Shown here in pieces: positions 9,846 through 19,030 of a DNA stretch of 64,000 bases. Made by a program: the position numbers and the translations under genes. The number at the start of each line of letters is the position of its first letter. Position 1 is the stretch's first letter. The notes under the pieces were generated by a model. That model did not search any database. It worked only from the letters and a program-made list of their open reading frames with translations, and was not told where the DNA came from. The stretch comes from Candidatus Tayloriibacteriota bacterium (GTDB taxonomy: Bacteria; Patescibacteriota; Minisyncoccia; Phycocordibacterales; PALSA-1337), in contig CALRAJ010000002.1 in the NCBI GenBank assembly GCA_943350765.1, forward strand, positions 72,951 to 136,950, written 5' to 3'.

Positions 9846-10085
9846 ATGACAAGACAACAAATACTGGGCGTGATCGGTCTGTGGACACTAATACTTCCTT
9901 TTTTAGGTTTTCCGAATGATTGGAAGCTCAATATGGTTGCACTGAATGGTTTAATAATTTTGATTTTGTATTGGAAAATGAGAAAAGAGTCTCAGGCTAT
10001 TTCTATTAAGACAAAGAACCATGGCGCGGGTTTTGTTGAAAATTCAATAGCAGAGAAACCAAATCAAGCAAACACGGAGGAGTAA
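9846..10085 (+). CDS. Small membrane protein
   Basis: Two hydrophobic helices (LPFLGFP), polar tail. Confidence 0.65.
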   Translation: MTRQQILGVIGLWTLILPFLGFPNDWKLNMVALNGLIILILYWKMRKESQAISIKTKNHGAGFVENSIAEKPNQANTEE

Positions 10086-10245
10086 AAAGAGTTTTTTAAA
10101 AATGGATATTTTGTGTAAAAAGAGGTAAATAGCCTTGATTAGAGGCTTGTTTTGCTTCAAAGGCTCAACGGTACACCGTTGAGCCTTTGAAGCAAAAATA
10201 CTCACACTGCCTTTGTTTTTTTTATTTTTATGCTATAATCACTCT

Positions 10246-10506
10246 ATGAATCCAGAGGATAAAGCGGTCTTACAAAAAGTACTTAAAATATCAAAGGATA
10301 ATCAAGAGATTCTAGAGAAACTTCAGCGTGCAAACCGCTGGTCAGTTGTCTTTAAGATTATTTACTGGGTGTTTATCATACTGGCGGCTGGAGGTGCATA
10401 TTTTGCTATAAAGCCTTACTCAGACCAGCTCGGGGACACTTATACTGGATTCAAAGCTGAGTTGGAAGGTGCCCACTCGGTAACAAACAAGATTTTTGGT
10501 AATTAA
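10246..10506 (+). CDS. Single-TM hypothetical protein
   Basis: TGCTATAAT 6 nt before ATG; one TM helix. Confidence 0.7.
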   Translation: MNPEDKAVLQKVLKISKDNQEILEKLQRANRWSVVFKIIYWVFIILAAGGAYFAIKPYSDQLGDTYTGFKAELEGAHSVTNKIFGN

Positions 10507-10594
10507 TCTCTTGATTTTTTGTTGTCCTCTTAGGACAACAAAATTTACACCTAAAATAGGGTAATGTAATGTTTAGTCGAATAAATTTGATTTT

Positions 10595-10667
10595 GCCAAG
10601 ATAGCTCAGTTGGTAGAGCGCTCCCCTGAAGAGGGAGATGTCCCCAGTTCGAATCTGGGTCTTGGCA
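10595..10667 (+). tRNA. tRNA-Phe(GAA)
   Basis: Cloverleaf; CTCCC-CTGAAGA-GGGAG anticodon arm. Confidence 0.95.
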
Positions 10668-10677
10668 CCGAAACAAA

Positions 10678-10713
10678 ACAAATCACCTCACCGCATGCGG
10701 TGAGGTGATTTGT
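10678..10713. terminator. Bidirectional hairpin between tRNA-Phe and hsp20
   Basis: ACAAATCACCTCACCGC-AT-GCGGTGAGGTGATTTGT perfect inverted repeat. Confidence 0.7.
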
Positions 10714-10725
10714 CCCTAACATCTT

Positions 10726-11187
10726 TTAAGTAGTCGATTTTACCCTTACCTTTGTCTGTCTACCTTTGTCTACTTTGGTCAATTTTAAAATAAGTAAACC
10801 ATGTTTTTCTATGGCCTCAGCTGTGTCTACTTCTACTTCCTGTGGAAGAGTAACGGTGCGCGAAAATGAACCCCAATACAGCTCACGATAAAAGAAGTCT
10901 TCCTCGCGGATATTTCGCTCTTCCTCCCTTTTACCACGGATAGTTACCATATCTCGAGTGATAGAAATATCTAAATCTTCGGGACGCACACCAGCAACCA
11001 TGGTTTTTAGGATTATTTTATCGGCTGTCTGATGTATATCAACAGTCAGCTCGCCGTCCTTGTCCTCTTCATCTAGCCAGTCTTCTTTTTTGGTTTCAGT
11101 TAATGCCACCTCCTCATTTTCAGAATTTTCATCAAGCTTGATTGTTCCTGTTAATCTTTCAAAAAATGATTTTTTTGTTTTTGACAT
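10726..11187 (-). CDS. Hsp20/alpha-crystallin small heat-shock protein
   Basis: VAGVRPEDLDI, ELYWGSFSRTVTLP, GLLILKL. Confidence 0.93.
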   Translation of the reverse strand: MSKTKKSFFERLTGTIKLDENSENEEVALTETKKEDWLDEEDKDGELTVDIHQTADKIILKTMVAGVRPEDLDISITRDMVTIRGKREEERNIREEDFFYRELYWGSFSRTVTLPQEVEVDTAEAIEKHGLLILKLTKVDKGRQTKVRVKSTT

Positions 11188-11203
11188 AATTTTAAATAAA
11201 TAA

Positions 11204-11929
11204 TTAACTCGTCGAGCTGACTTTTTTCTGTGAATCTATTGACCGTGCCTTTTCAAAAAAGAGCATAAGGATTATTACACCTACCCATACCAAAGCAAAA
11301 ATCTTGAAAGTATCAATACCACTTGACTGTATTATAAATAAATTAAACGCAGCATGCAATGCTGTGGCGAGGATAACTCCAAAGAGTAAGCTTGTCCTCT
11401 TTAGAAGCTTTCCCTTGAAGAAGGTTAGTGAAATACTAAAACCGATTGTTGCTGAGGCAACAACATGAAGCAGGGTGGCACCAATAAAACGGAGATTACC
11501 ACTTATAAGGGCCTGGAGTGTATTACCAAGCTCAAGTGGCTTGAGTATAAAAAAGGTGTTCTCTAGTGCTGCAAAACCGAGTGCCACAGTGATCAGATAA
11601 ATCATGGCATCGATAGGCTCATCTAGGAAACGACTGCGCAGGGCAATGAAGTAGACGACTACAAGCTTCATAATTTCCTCAATACCAGCCCAAATAATAT
11701 ATTTGAGTGTGGTAGCATAAGCTAGGGTTGACCCATCGAGCAGGTCTAATACTAATTTTTGTAGTGGTAAAACAAGTGCTACTGAAAGCATTCCACCTAA
11801 AAATGAAAATGCTAGCAAGAGTCGTGGCTCAGGATGAAGGTTGTCTTCTTTTAACCAAAACCAAAGCCAAAGTATAGCTGGTAAAATACCAGCGAGTAGT
11901 GCGTAGAAAATCTCAGTAGTACTATCCAT
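11204..11929 (-). CDS. PrsW-family intramembrane protease
   Basis: EP, IEEIMK, GFAALEN, LH...LHAAFN motifs. Confidence 0.9.
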   Translation of the reverse strand: MDSTTEIFYALLAGILPAILWLWFWLKEDNLHPEPRLLLAFSFLGGMLSVALVLPLQKLVLDLLDGSTLAYATTLKYIIWAGIEEIMKLVVVYFIALRSRFLDEPIDAMIYLITVALGFAALENTFFILKPLELGNTLQALISGNLRFIGATLLHVVASATIGFSISLTFFKGKLLKRTSLLFGVILATALHAAFNLFIIQSSGIDTFKIFALVWVGVIILMLFFEKARSIDSQKKVSSTS

Positions 11930-11990
11930 GTCTAGTAGTATACCTTAGAGATTTTTTATAATCTATGTGTTAAAAGTGGTGATGATAATC

Positions 11991-14234
11991 CTATGCTGGC
12001 CAATTCTCCACCATTAGTAGATTTTGCTCTGTATTATGAGGTAAGGTGAGCCAGATTTCCTCGGTAACAAATGGGATAAATGGGTGAAGGGTTTTTAGAA
12101 TGATATGAAGGGTATGGATAAGTAATTGAGCTCGAGATGATTTTTCTGAGTCTGTACCCTTACCTTCGTTAACGGGAGGGGTACCTAGAATAGTCTTACT
12201 TTCCTCTACGATTTTATCCGCAAATGTGTGCCATGTGTAATGGTAAAGCTTTTCAGCAACAAGATATAGTTTGTATTCCTCCATTTCTCGGGTAATTTCT
12301 GTAATAAGTGCGTCTCGCTCAGCAACAAGTTTTTTGTCGGCTTCTGTCCATTTGGAAAAACCTGGATCGTATTTGTAGGTCTCGGTACTTGAAAGAATAA
12401 AACGAGTAATATTCCAAAGTTTGTTGGCAAAGTTTTTGTAGCCTTTGATTTTGTTTTCATCAAAGCTAATGTCGCTACCGATAGCTGTACCAGTCAAAAG
12501 TCCCATGCGTAGAGCATCAGCACCGTATTTGTTTATAATATCGATAGGGTCGATACCGTTGTTTAGAGATTTGCTAAACTTTTGACCATCTTTTGCACGG
12601 ACTAATCCATGTATCATAACTGTACGAAAAGGGACTTGTCCAAGATGAAAACCACTCATCATGATCATGCGTGAGACCCATAGGTTTAAAATCTCGTACG
12701 CTGGGGACATAAATGATGTCGGGTGAAATGTTTTTAAATCTTTTGTTATATCAGGCCAGCCCATGGTCGAAAATGTCCATAATCCTGATGAAAACCATGT
12801 ATCAAGCACATCTTCCTCCTGTACCCAGCCTTCTCCTTTCGGAGCCTCTATTCCGACATACATCTTTGTTTTTTCTTCGTTTCCAACTTTTAACTTTTCA
12901 CTTTCGACTTTCGACTTTCGTTTATACCATACTGGGATTCGATGCCCAAACCAAATCTGTCGGGAAATACACCAGTCGTGTAGATTTTCTATCCAGTGAA
13001 AATAGGCATTACGGAAACCTTCCTGTGGCATATTTACCTGTTCGCTTGATACCGCTTTTCTCATAATTTCTTTTAATGTAGTTTCAGTACCACTTTCAAT
13101 ACCTGGTATTTCTGAGTAGGGAATAATAAAGGGTTTATTTACTGCTATCCACCACTGCTTCATTATCTGTGGCTCGATGGTCGCACCTGTCCTCTCTGCG
13201 GTTGCAATGTTGTGGGTGTATTCCTCTTCTTTTACAATCAAACCTTTGGCACGAAGCTTCTCAACAATCTTTTGTCGAGCTTCGGTAATCTTTATACCAT
13301 AAAATTCACCAGCAATTTCCAAAAGCTTTCCATATTTGTCGATAATTTGTACCTTATCGAGCTTGTGGCGTTCGGCAATGTCAAAATCAACAGCACTGTG
13401 CCATGGTGTGATTGTCATAACACCAGTCCCAAATCCCATGTCTATCGCAGAATCTTTTATAACTGTCGCAGTAAGTGGACCATTGATCCATTCAAGCTCG
13501 ATTTTTTGACCATGCTTGTATTCTGAGTAACGCTCATCGTCTGGGTGCATTACAACGTGCTTGTCGCCAAACTTTGTTTCTGGTCGAGCGGTACCAATAG
13601 TAAAAGGTCCATACTTTAGGTAATAGAATTTGGTTTTTTCTTCTTTGTATGCAATTTCATCATCAGATATTGTGGTTTGACCTTTTGGATCCCAGTTTAC
13701 TATTCTGTCGCCTTGGTAAATAAGACCAGAATTATACATATTTACAAACGCAGTAGTAACGGCTAGTGTACGAGTTTCATCCAGTGTATAGGCATAGCGT
13801 GACCAGTCGAGTGACGCTCCCATTTTTCGAACTTGGCCTAAAATAGTGTTTTCACTTTCCTTTGCAAATGTACGAACGCGTTTGACCAGCTCGTCACGAC
13901 CGAGGTCGTGACGACTTTTACCCTCGTCTTTTTGAATGTTTTTTTCAACTCGTGCTTGGGTTGCAATAGCTGCAGAGTCAGTACCAGGGATCCAAAGTAC
14001 ACGCTTGCCACGCATTCGTTGAAATCGTATGACCGCATCCTGTAACGAGTCCTCATAGGCATGTCCGAGATGTAGTATGCCAGTAACATTTGGTGGGGGA
14101 AGTACGACGGTAAAAGTTTCGGAGCGTTTGCCCGGTAAGTTGTCTAGATTAAAAAAACCGCTTTCCTCCCAGAGTTTGTAGATCTTATCTTCTGTATCCG
14201 TTGGATTATAAGGTTTTAGGAATTTATCATGCAT
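11991..14234 (-). CDS. valS: Valyl-tRNA synthetase (no C-terminal coiled coil)
   Basis: PPPNVTGILHLGH, DWCISRQIWFGH, DVLDTWFSS, KFSKS; start moved to MHDKFL. Confidence 0.96.
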   Translation of the reverse strand: MHDKFLKPYNPTDTEDKIYKLWEESGFFNLDNLPGKRSETFTVVLPPPNVTGILHLGHAYEDSLQDAVIRFQRMRGKRVLWIPGTDSAAIATQARVEKNIQKDEGKSRHDLGRDELVKRVRTFAKESENTILGQVRKMGASLDWSRYAYTLDETRTLAVTTAFVNMYNSGLIYQGDRIVNWDPKGQTTISDDEIAYKEEKTKFYYLKYGPFTIGTARPETKFGDKHVVMHPDDERYSEYKHGQKIELEWINGPLTATVIKDSAIDMGFGTGVMTITPWHSAVDFDIAERHKLDKVQIIDKYGKLLEIAGEFYGIKITEARQKIVEKLRAKGLIVKEEEYTHNIATAERTGATIEPQIMKQWWIAVNKPFIIPYSEIPGIESGTETTLKEIMRKAVSSEQVNMPQEGFRNAYFHWIENLHDWCISRQIWFGHRIPVWYKRKSKVESEKLKVGNEEKTKMYVGIEAPKGEGWVQEEDVLDTWFSSGLWTFSTMGWPDITKDLKTFHPTSFMSPAYEILNLWVSRMIMMSGFHLGQVPFRTVMIHGLVRAKDGQKFSKSLNNGIDPIDIINKYGADALRMGLLTGTAIGSDISFDENKIKGYKNFANKLWNITRFILSSTETYKYDPGFSKWTEADKKLVAERDALITEITREMEEYKLYLVAEKLYHYTWHTFADKIVEESKTILGTPPVNEGKGTDSEKSSRAQLLIHTLHIILKTLHPFIPFVTEEIWLTLPHNTEQNLLMVENWPA

Positions 14235-14319
14235 ATAGAGTATGTAAGGGTATAGTAGCAAAAAAATAGTTCTTTTGAAAGGCGCTGTAGTAGAGATATG
14301 GTGTCGGTGGAATATAAAT

Positions 14320-14660
14320 AAAAAATTAGACCCACCTCGCTTTCGCAAGATGGGTCCGAGTCGAGATGTTTGAGTTCACTGTGCTGTTGGGATTGGTCGA
14401 TCCCTCAACTTTTTTCATTAGCCTATGCCAGCTATTACCTTTCGGTTTTGGGTAGAATTAGTCTATAACCATGTAGGTTGAGAACATATTAAACCACTAG
14501 CGTTAGCACATCATTTTTCATGTGTCCCTTCGGAGCGTTTGTTTTGTGAGGTTTGCAGACAAACACTCACTCAATAGCTCCTACCTTGGGGCGTGTGACC
14601 AATTTGACCAATGAAGGGTGTGTATTACTACAAACCCCAGTACCTCAAACATCTTAACTA
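14320..14660 (-). ncRNA. Candidate ~300 nt multi-stem structured ncRNA, family unknown
   Basis: TGCTATACT extended -10 at ~14666-14674; closing stem AGATGTTTGAG/CTCAAACATCT; several internal hairpins; terminator at ~14320-14356; no ORF >30 aa. Confidence 0.6.
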
Positions 14661-14685
14661 CATTAAGTATAGCATACCTATATTT

Positions 14686-15918
14686 TTATGCAAGTTTTTG
14701 CGAAGCGGTGGTATTTGATAGTTTTAGACATCCTTCAGCCCTCAGGGTGCTAGAATCTCCTCGAATACCAGAAATATAGCGATGATAACCTGCCACTCCT
14801 ATCATTATTGCATTGTCGGTAGTGTGAGAAATGCGAGGGATTTGTAATTGTATGTCAGGTAATACTTGCACTAGCTCCTCAAAAGATTTTCTAATACGCG
14901 TATTTGCAACAACACCTCCACCTAGGATCAGTGTTTTAGCCCCAGTGCGTTCAAGACACTTTTTTGTTTTTGAGATGATTACTTCTGTGACCGCGTCTTC
15001 AAATTGCCGAGCGATTTGCATTTGTATGTCGGGTGTCAATAAAGATATTTTTTGTACCATATACAAAACTGCCGTTTTTATTCCAGAAAAGGAAAAGTCG
15101 AAATCTTTTGAATAAATCATAGGGCGGGGGAGCTTGTATTGAGAATTTTCTCCATTCGGTCTGTGTATCCTATCTGCATCGGCTAATTTAGAAATCTCAG
15201 GTCCACCAGGATAGGGAAGTCCGAGAATGCGGGCGACCTTGTCGAAAGCCTCCCCAAGAGCATCGTCACGAGTTTGTCCTACTATTTGATATTTTCCTTC
15301 TTCTGTTATAAGTACTAGCTCAGTATGACCACCTGAAATGAGTAGAGCAAGGGCTGGATAGGCAACTTTTTTTATAGAAAATGAAGTTGTCTTTTCATCA
15401 GTTTTTTCTTCGAGCAGTGCGACAGCTATATGCCCCTCCATGTGATTGGTGGGAATAAGTGGAACACCCCAGAGTTTTGAAAGTGCTTTTGCAAAACTAA
15501 CACCAACCCACAAAGCTGGCTCGAGACCTGGTCCATGGGTAACTGCTATAGCGTCAATAGTAGGCTTTTCAAGTGTGGTAATTTCTTTACAAAAAAGCTC
15601 AGACAGATTATTTTCCCTTTCCAGAATTTTATTTATTTCGTTTAGAGAGTTTGGGTCAAGATCGGTAATATTTTGACTAAGCTTTTTTTGGTATAAATCA
15701 GCTTCTTTTAAGCATTGTATAGTGAGTGGTACGAGGTTTTTACCATGTTCCCTCTTTGCGAGCATCGGAAAAACACCGCCATATTCTCTATGAATATCAA
15801 CTTGGGAAAAGAGTGTATTACCGAGAATGGTCACGGTGATGTCGCTACCTTGCACTTCAAATTGAAGCAGACTCACCGCCGTCTCGTCGCATGATGTTTC
15901 GATAGAAAGTATAATCAT
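14686..15918 (-). CDS. tsaD: tRNA t6A threonylcarbamoyltransferase TsaD
   Basis: IETSCDET, HMEGH, ISGGHT, DDALGEAFDK, FSFSGIKT, DNAIMI. Confidence 0.96.
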   Translation of the reverse strand: MIILSIETSCDETAVSLLQFEVQGSDITVTILGNTLFSQVDIHREYGGVFPMLAKREHGKNLVPLTIQCLKEADLYQKKLSQNITDLDPNSLNEINKILERENNLSELFCKEITTLEKPTIDAIAVTHGPGLEPALWVGVSFAKALSKLWGVPLIPTNHMEGHIAVALLEEKTDEKTTSFSIKKVAYPALALLISGGHTELVLITEEGKYQIVGQTRDDALGEAFDKVARILGLPYPGGPEISKLADADRIHRPNGENSQYKLPRPMIYSKDFDFSFSGIKTAVLYMVQKISLLTPDIQMQIARQFEDAVTEVIISKTKKCLERTGAKTLILGGGVVANTRIRKSFEELVQVLPDIQLQIPRISHTTDNAIMIGVAGYHRYISGIRGDSSTLRAEGCLKLSNTTASQKLA

Positions 15919-16144
15919 GTTTAAAGAAATCGAAAATCCATATATTATTTGATTTTGTGACCCCACGGAGAGACACGAGTACGTTTTCGGTCATGGATAA
16001 TTTGCTCGCCGTCGCTCATAAATTTTCGTTACCACGACTCGCGGTTCAACTTTACTAAGTCTCATTCCGCTCCGTCTTTCGACTTTCCGTAGAGCCTACA
16101 AAAATATACTCACCAAACGCTCCACGTTAGGTTTGTTATTTTTG

Positions 16145-16216
16145 TGACCCCACGGAGAGTCGAACTCCGCTTAACAGATTGAAAACCTGCTGTCCTAACC
16201 GATAGACGATGGGGCC
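16145..16216 (-). tRNA. tRNA-Glu(TTC)
   Basis: Reverse complement GGCCCCATCGTCTATCGGTTAGGAC...TTTTCAA...GTTCGACTCTCCGTGGGGTCA. Confidence 0.93.
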
Positions 16217-16324
16217 TTTCTATAAGGCAGGAATACTATAGCATTCTTATCATTTATGTGGAAGTGAAGTATGCTTGAGCGGTTTAGTATTATATTGTAT
16301 ACTTACATTATATTTAAATATCAA

Positions 16325-17338
16325 ATGATGTCAGTATATATAGAATCAGGTCATGAAATCAGTAATTTTTTAATACAAGCAAAATCGTCTGTCGGTTCGT
16401 GGGAAAATCTTTCTAAAAAAGCGCCTGTATCCTCAAGGACACTTCGTCATTGGTATAATGGTAAGTCTTATATATCACTGAATGTTCTTGAGCTACTAAG
16501 TGACCAGCTCAAAATAGCTTTGCCTCCATATAAGCTGGTTGATTTTTTGGATCAAAAAAGAATTGCAGGCAAAAAAGGTGGTTTGGCGCGCGTTGCTCTC
16601 TATGGAAATCCAGGAACAATCGCAGGAAGATTGCGGGGTGGATTACAATCGATAAAGGTTCAAGCAAAGAATCCCGCTTCACCATTTGTGCAAAAAAAGA
16701 TTGCTATACCAGCATATTCATCTAAGTTGGCAGAATTTGTCGGGATTTTATTGGGGGATGGTCATGTTGACGAAAGACAAATTTCTATATCGATAGGAGG
16801 TGATGAGTTTGAATATACCAAATATATCTCGGATTTAAGTTTCAAACTATTTAATTATCGGCCGTCTATAAAAAAGAAAAAAGGAGTAGAAATGTATACT
16901 ATGGTTTTTTCTCGAACAGCCCTCGTTGACTATATTAAGGGGATTGGCCTAATCGATCATCATAAAGTAAGGTCGCAAAGCGAAGTCCCTTTATGGGTAC
17001 AGAGTAGTAAGAGTTATTCAAAGGCCTGTCTTCGAGGGTTGTTTGACACAGACGGTTCTTTTTTCATCGATAGACATTTAATAAAAAAGTCGTTATATTA
17101 TAATCCGGGTGTCGCGTTTACGAACTACTCATTACCGATACTTAACTTTTTCTATTCAACATTAGTTGTTTTGGGATTTCATCCAACAATATCGAATAAT
17201 AGAAATGTACTTTTGAGACGAGTCAGTGAGGTGCATCTCTTTTTTAAAGTTATTAAAAGTAACAACCCAAAGCATCTTGGAAAGTTTAAAGGATTTGTAG
17301 ATAATTATAAAAAAGGAAAGGTACCGAAGAGGTTATAA
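16325..17338 (+). CDS. Free-standing double-motif LAGLIDADG protein with N-terminal HTH-like region
   Basis: AEFVGILLGDG and CLRGLFDTDG motifs; TTGAGC-17-TATACT promoter favours a start near 16325. Confidence 0.85.
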   Translation: MMSVYIESGHEISNFLIQAKSSVGSWENLSKKAPVSSRTLRHWYNGKSYISLNVLELLSDQLKIALPPYKLVDFLDQKRIAGKKGGLARVALYGNPGTIAGRLRGGLQSIKVQAKNPASPFVQKKIAIPAYSSKLAEFVGILLGDGHVDERQISISIGGDEFEYTKYISDLSFKLFNYRPSIKKKKGVEMYTMVFSRTALVDYIKGIGLIDHHKVRSQSEVPLWVQSSKSYSKACLRGLFDTDGSFFIDRHLIKKSLYYNPGVAFTNYSLPILNFFYSTLVVLGFHPTISNNRNVLLRRVSEVHLFFKVIKSNNPKHLGKFKGFVDNYKKGKVPKRL

Positions 17339-17404
17339 CGGCGCCGATTCGAAATCGGATGGCCGGGTCAAACCGGCACGAGGGTTCGAATCCCTCCCTT
17401 TCCG
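17315..17404 (+). tRNA. tRNA-Ser(CGA)
   Basis: GGAAAGG/CCTTTCC acceptor, TTCGAAA anticodon loop, long variable arm. Confidence 0.93.
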
Positions 17405-17436
17405 CCTGAGCAAAAACCTGCTATTCTGTGGATCAT

Positions 17437-17510
17437 GGGCGGTTAGCTCATTTAGCTAGAGCGCATCGTTGACGTCGATGAGGTAATAGGTGCAATTCCT
17501 ATACCGCCCA
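17437..17510 (+). tRNA. tRNA-Val(GAC)
   Basis: GGGCGGT/ACCGCCC acceptor, CATCG-TTGACGT-CGATG anticodon arm; T-loop TGCAATT. Confidence 0.9.
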
Positions 17511-17572
17511 CACACTAGACACAAGAATTGCGGTCGATCTTAAGATTAGTAAATGGTACAAATATATACTAA

Positions 17573-18142
17573 ATGTTTCTAGATATTGGAATAGGTTTAA
17601 TGGTTTCAAAGATTTTGATTAAAACTATGGGCTTTTATGCACCCACAGTTTTTATTATTCTTGGTGTGGTTTTCTCATTATTACCAGATATTGATTTTAT
17701 TTTTCATCTATTAAAAAAGAAAAGACTGAACGAATATAACCACAAACACCGTGACTATTTGCATTACCCGATACTGTATATTGGCGGTGGTTTTATTTTA
17801 TTTCTATTTGTTGATGTAAAAATAGCAATTTTGTTTGCTGTTGTTTCAGCTCTACATTTTTTACACGATAGTGTTGGTATCGGTTGGGGAGTAAAGTGGC
17901 TGTATCCATTCTCAAAAAATAGCTTTATGTTTTGCTATAAAATTAGAGAAAAAGGAGAGGGTTTGAGACGTGTTTTCCCATCACAACTTTATTACTCATG
18001 GACGGAGGAGCAAGTAGAACAAAAATCCTTACTATATGGTGATAAGGACTGGGTAAAAAATATTTACCTTAAATTTAGTTGGTATGCTTTTATTGAGTAT
18101 ATAGGTTTTCTGATAGGATTAGGGTTTCTTTTTTGGCTATAA
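17573..18142 (+). CDS. YdjM-like membrane metal-dependent hydrolase
   Basis: SLLPDID, HRDYLH, HFLHD, WLYPFS. Confidence 0.8.
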   Translation: MFLDIGIGLMVSKILIKTMGFYAPTVFIILGVVFSLLPDIDFIFHLLKKKRLNEYNHKHRDYLHYPILYIGGGFILFLFVDVKIAILFAVVSALHFLHDSVGIGWGVKWLYPFSKNSFMFCYKIREKGEGLRRVFPSQLYYSWTEEQVEQKSLLYGDKDWVKNIYLKFSWYAFIEYIGFLIGLGFLFWL

Positions 18143-18155
18143 TTTTTTGTGTAAT

Positions 18156-18301
18156 TACCCCGAATTACGAAATACCTTTCTAGGCATATCATTTTGAAAG
18201 CACGAGTATTTCTTTGGTAAGAAATCTCTCAAGTCTCAGCTACCCGCTTCCGAAGTCTTTCAAAAAGATACACCTGCGACGGTATTTTGTAATTCGGGGT
18301 A
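18156..18301. mobile_element. Family B MITE-like element, copy 2
   Basis: TACCCCGAATTACGAAATACC...GGTATTTTGTAATTCGGGGTA TIRs plus shared core. Confidence 0.88.
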
Positions 18302-18302
18302 C

Positions 18303-19030
18303 TTACTTTAAATCTAAATCTCTTCTGAAATTCAGTTCCTTTTTTTCAAAGATACTTGGTTTACCAAGTTTACCCCAGTAAGAAAGCTGTTTCCTCATAT
18401 CCGATAGATTTTTCATAGGATGCGAGTGTCTGACTGCAAATGATGGGTCAATCATTATTATGTAACCTGCGTCTCTGGCCCATTTTGCCCATTCACCATC
18501 TTCACCGCCTAGTCCGTACTTTTCGTCAAAATGATGTTTTTCCCAAAGAGATTTTCTGATGGCACAGTTGGTTGCCCCGAGTACCCCCATTTCATCCACA
18601 ACCATCCTTTTACCACGAAGCAGTAGTTTTAAATACCAGTAATTGTAAAGAAAAACTCAAGTAGGTGAGCATTTTTTCTAGGGCGACATGGCCCATAAAA
18701 TCCTGCCATTTTTGGGTTTTCGAAATTCTTAACCACAGTTTGAAGCCACTTATCCGAAGTGGGTAGGGAATGTCCCACGGTCAAAACCACATACTCGTAG
18801 GATGAGTTTTCTATACCAAGGTTCATTGATTTTGGATAGGAAAAGGCGTTTTTAGGCAGAGTGATGACTTTTGCATCAAAGCTTTCTGCGAGCTCCTTTG
18901 TCCCATCGGTGGACTCATTATCTACCACAATAATTTCGAAAGGCACACTACATTTTTGCTTTTTAAGCATAAACAAAAGCTTTTGCAGGCTATCCTTTTC
19001 GTTGAGTGTTCGTATTACGATTGATATCAT
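18303..19030 (-). pseudogene. Family 2 glycosyltransferase split by a frameshift near 18650
   Basis: N-half ISIVIRTLNE, VDNESTDGT; C-half ATNCAIRK, FDEKYGLGGEDGEW in another frame that is open across the junction. Confidence 0.8.

Noticed and set aside
11991-14234. Short ValRS and short IF-2 as pseudogenes
   Set aside because: Catalytic motifs are intact, and loss of these terminal extensions is consistent with streamlined CPR proteins.
14320-14660. T-box riboswitch for valS
   Set aside because: No T-box consensus (GGTGG.ACC) before the terminator, no clear stem I/specifier, and valS has its own -10 element.
15953-16159. Prophage or integrative element attL/attR
   Set aside because: The direct repeats are only 187 bp apart with no integrase or cargo; reported instead as a tRNA-linked repeat.
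16265-16288. Degenerate tRNA-Ser 5' remnant upstream of the LAGLIDADG gene
   Set aside because: Similarity is weak, and the sequence is better explained as the -35 region of a TTGAGC-17-TATACT promoter.
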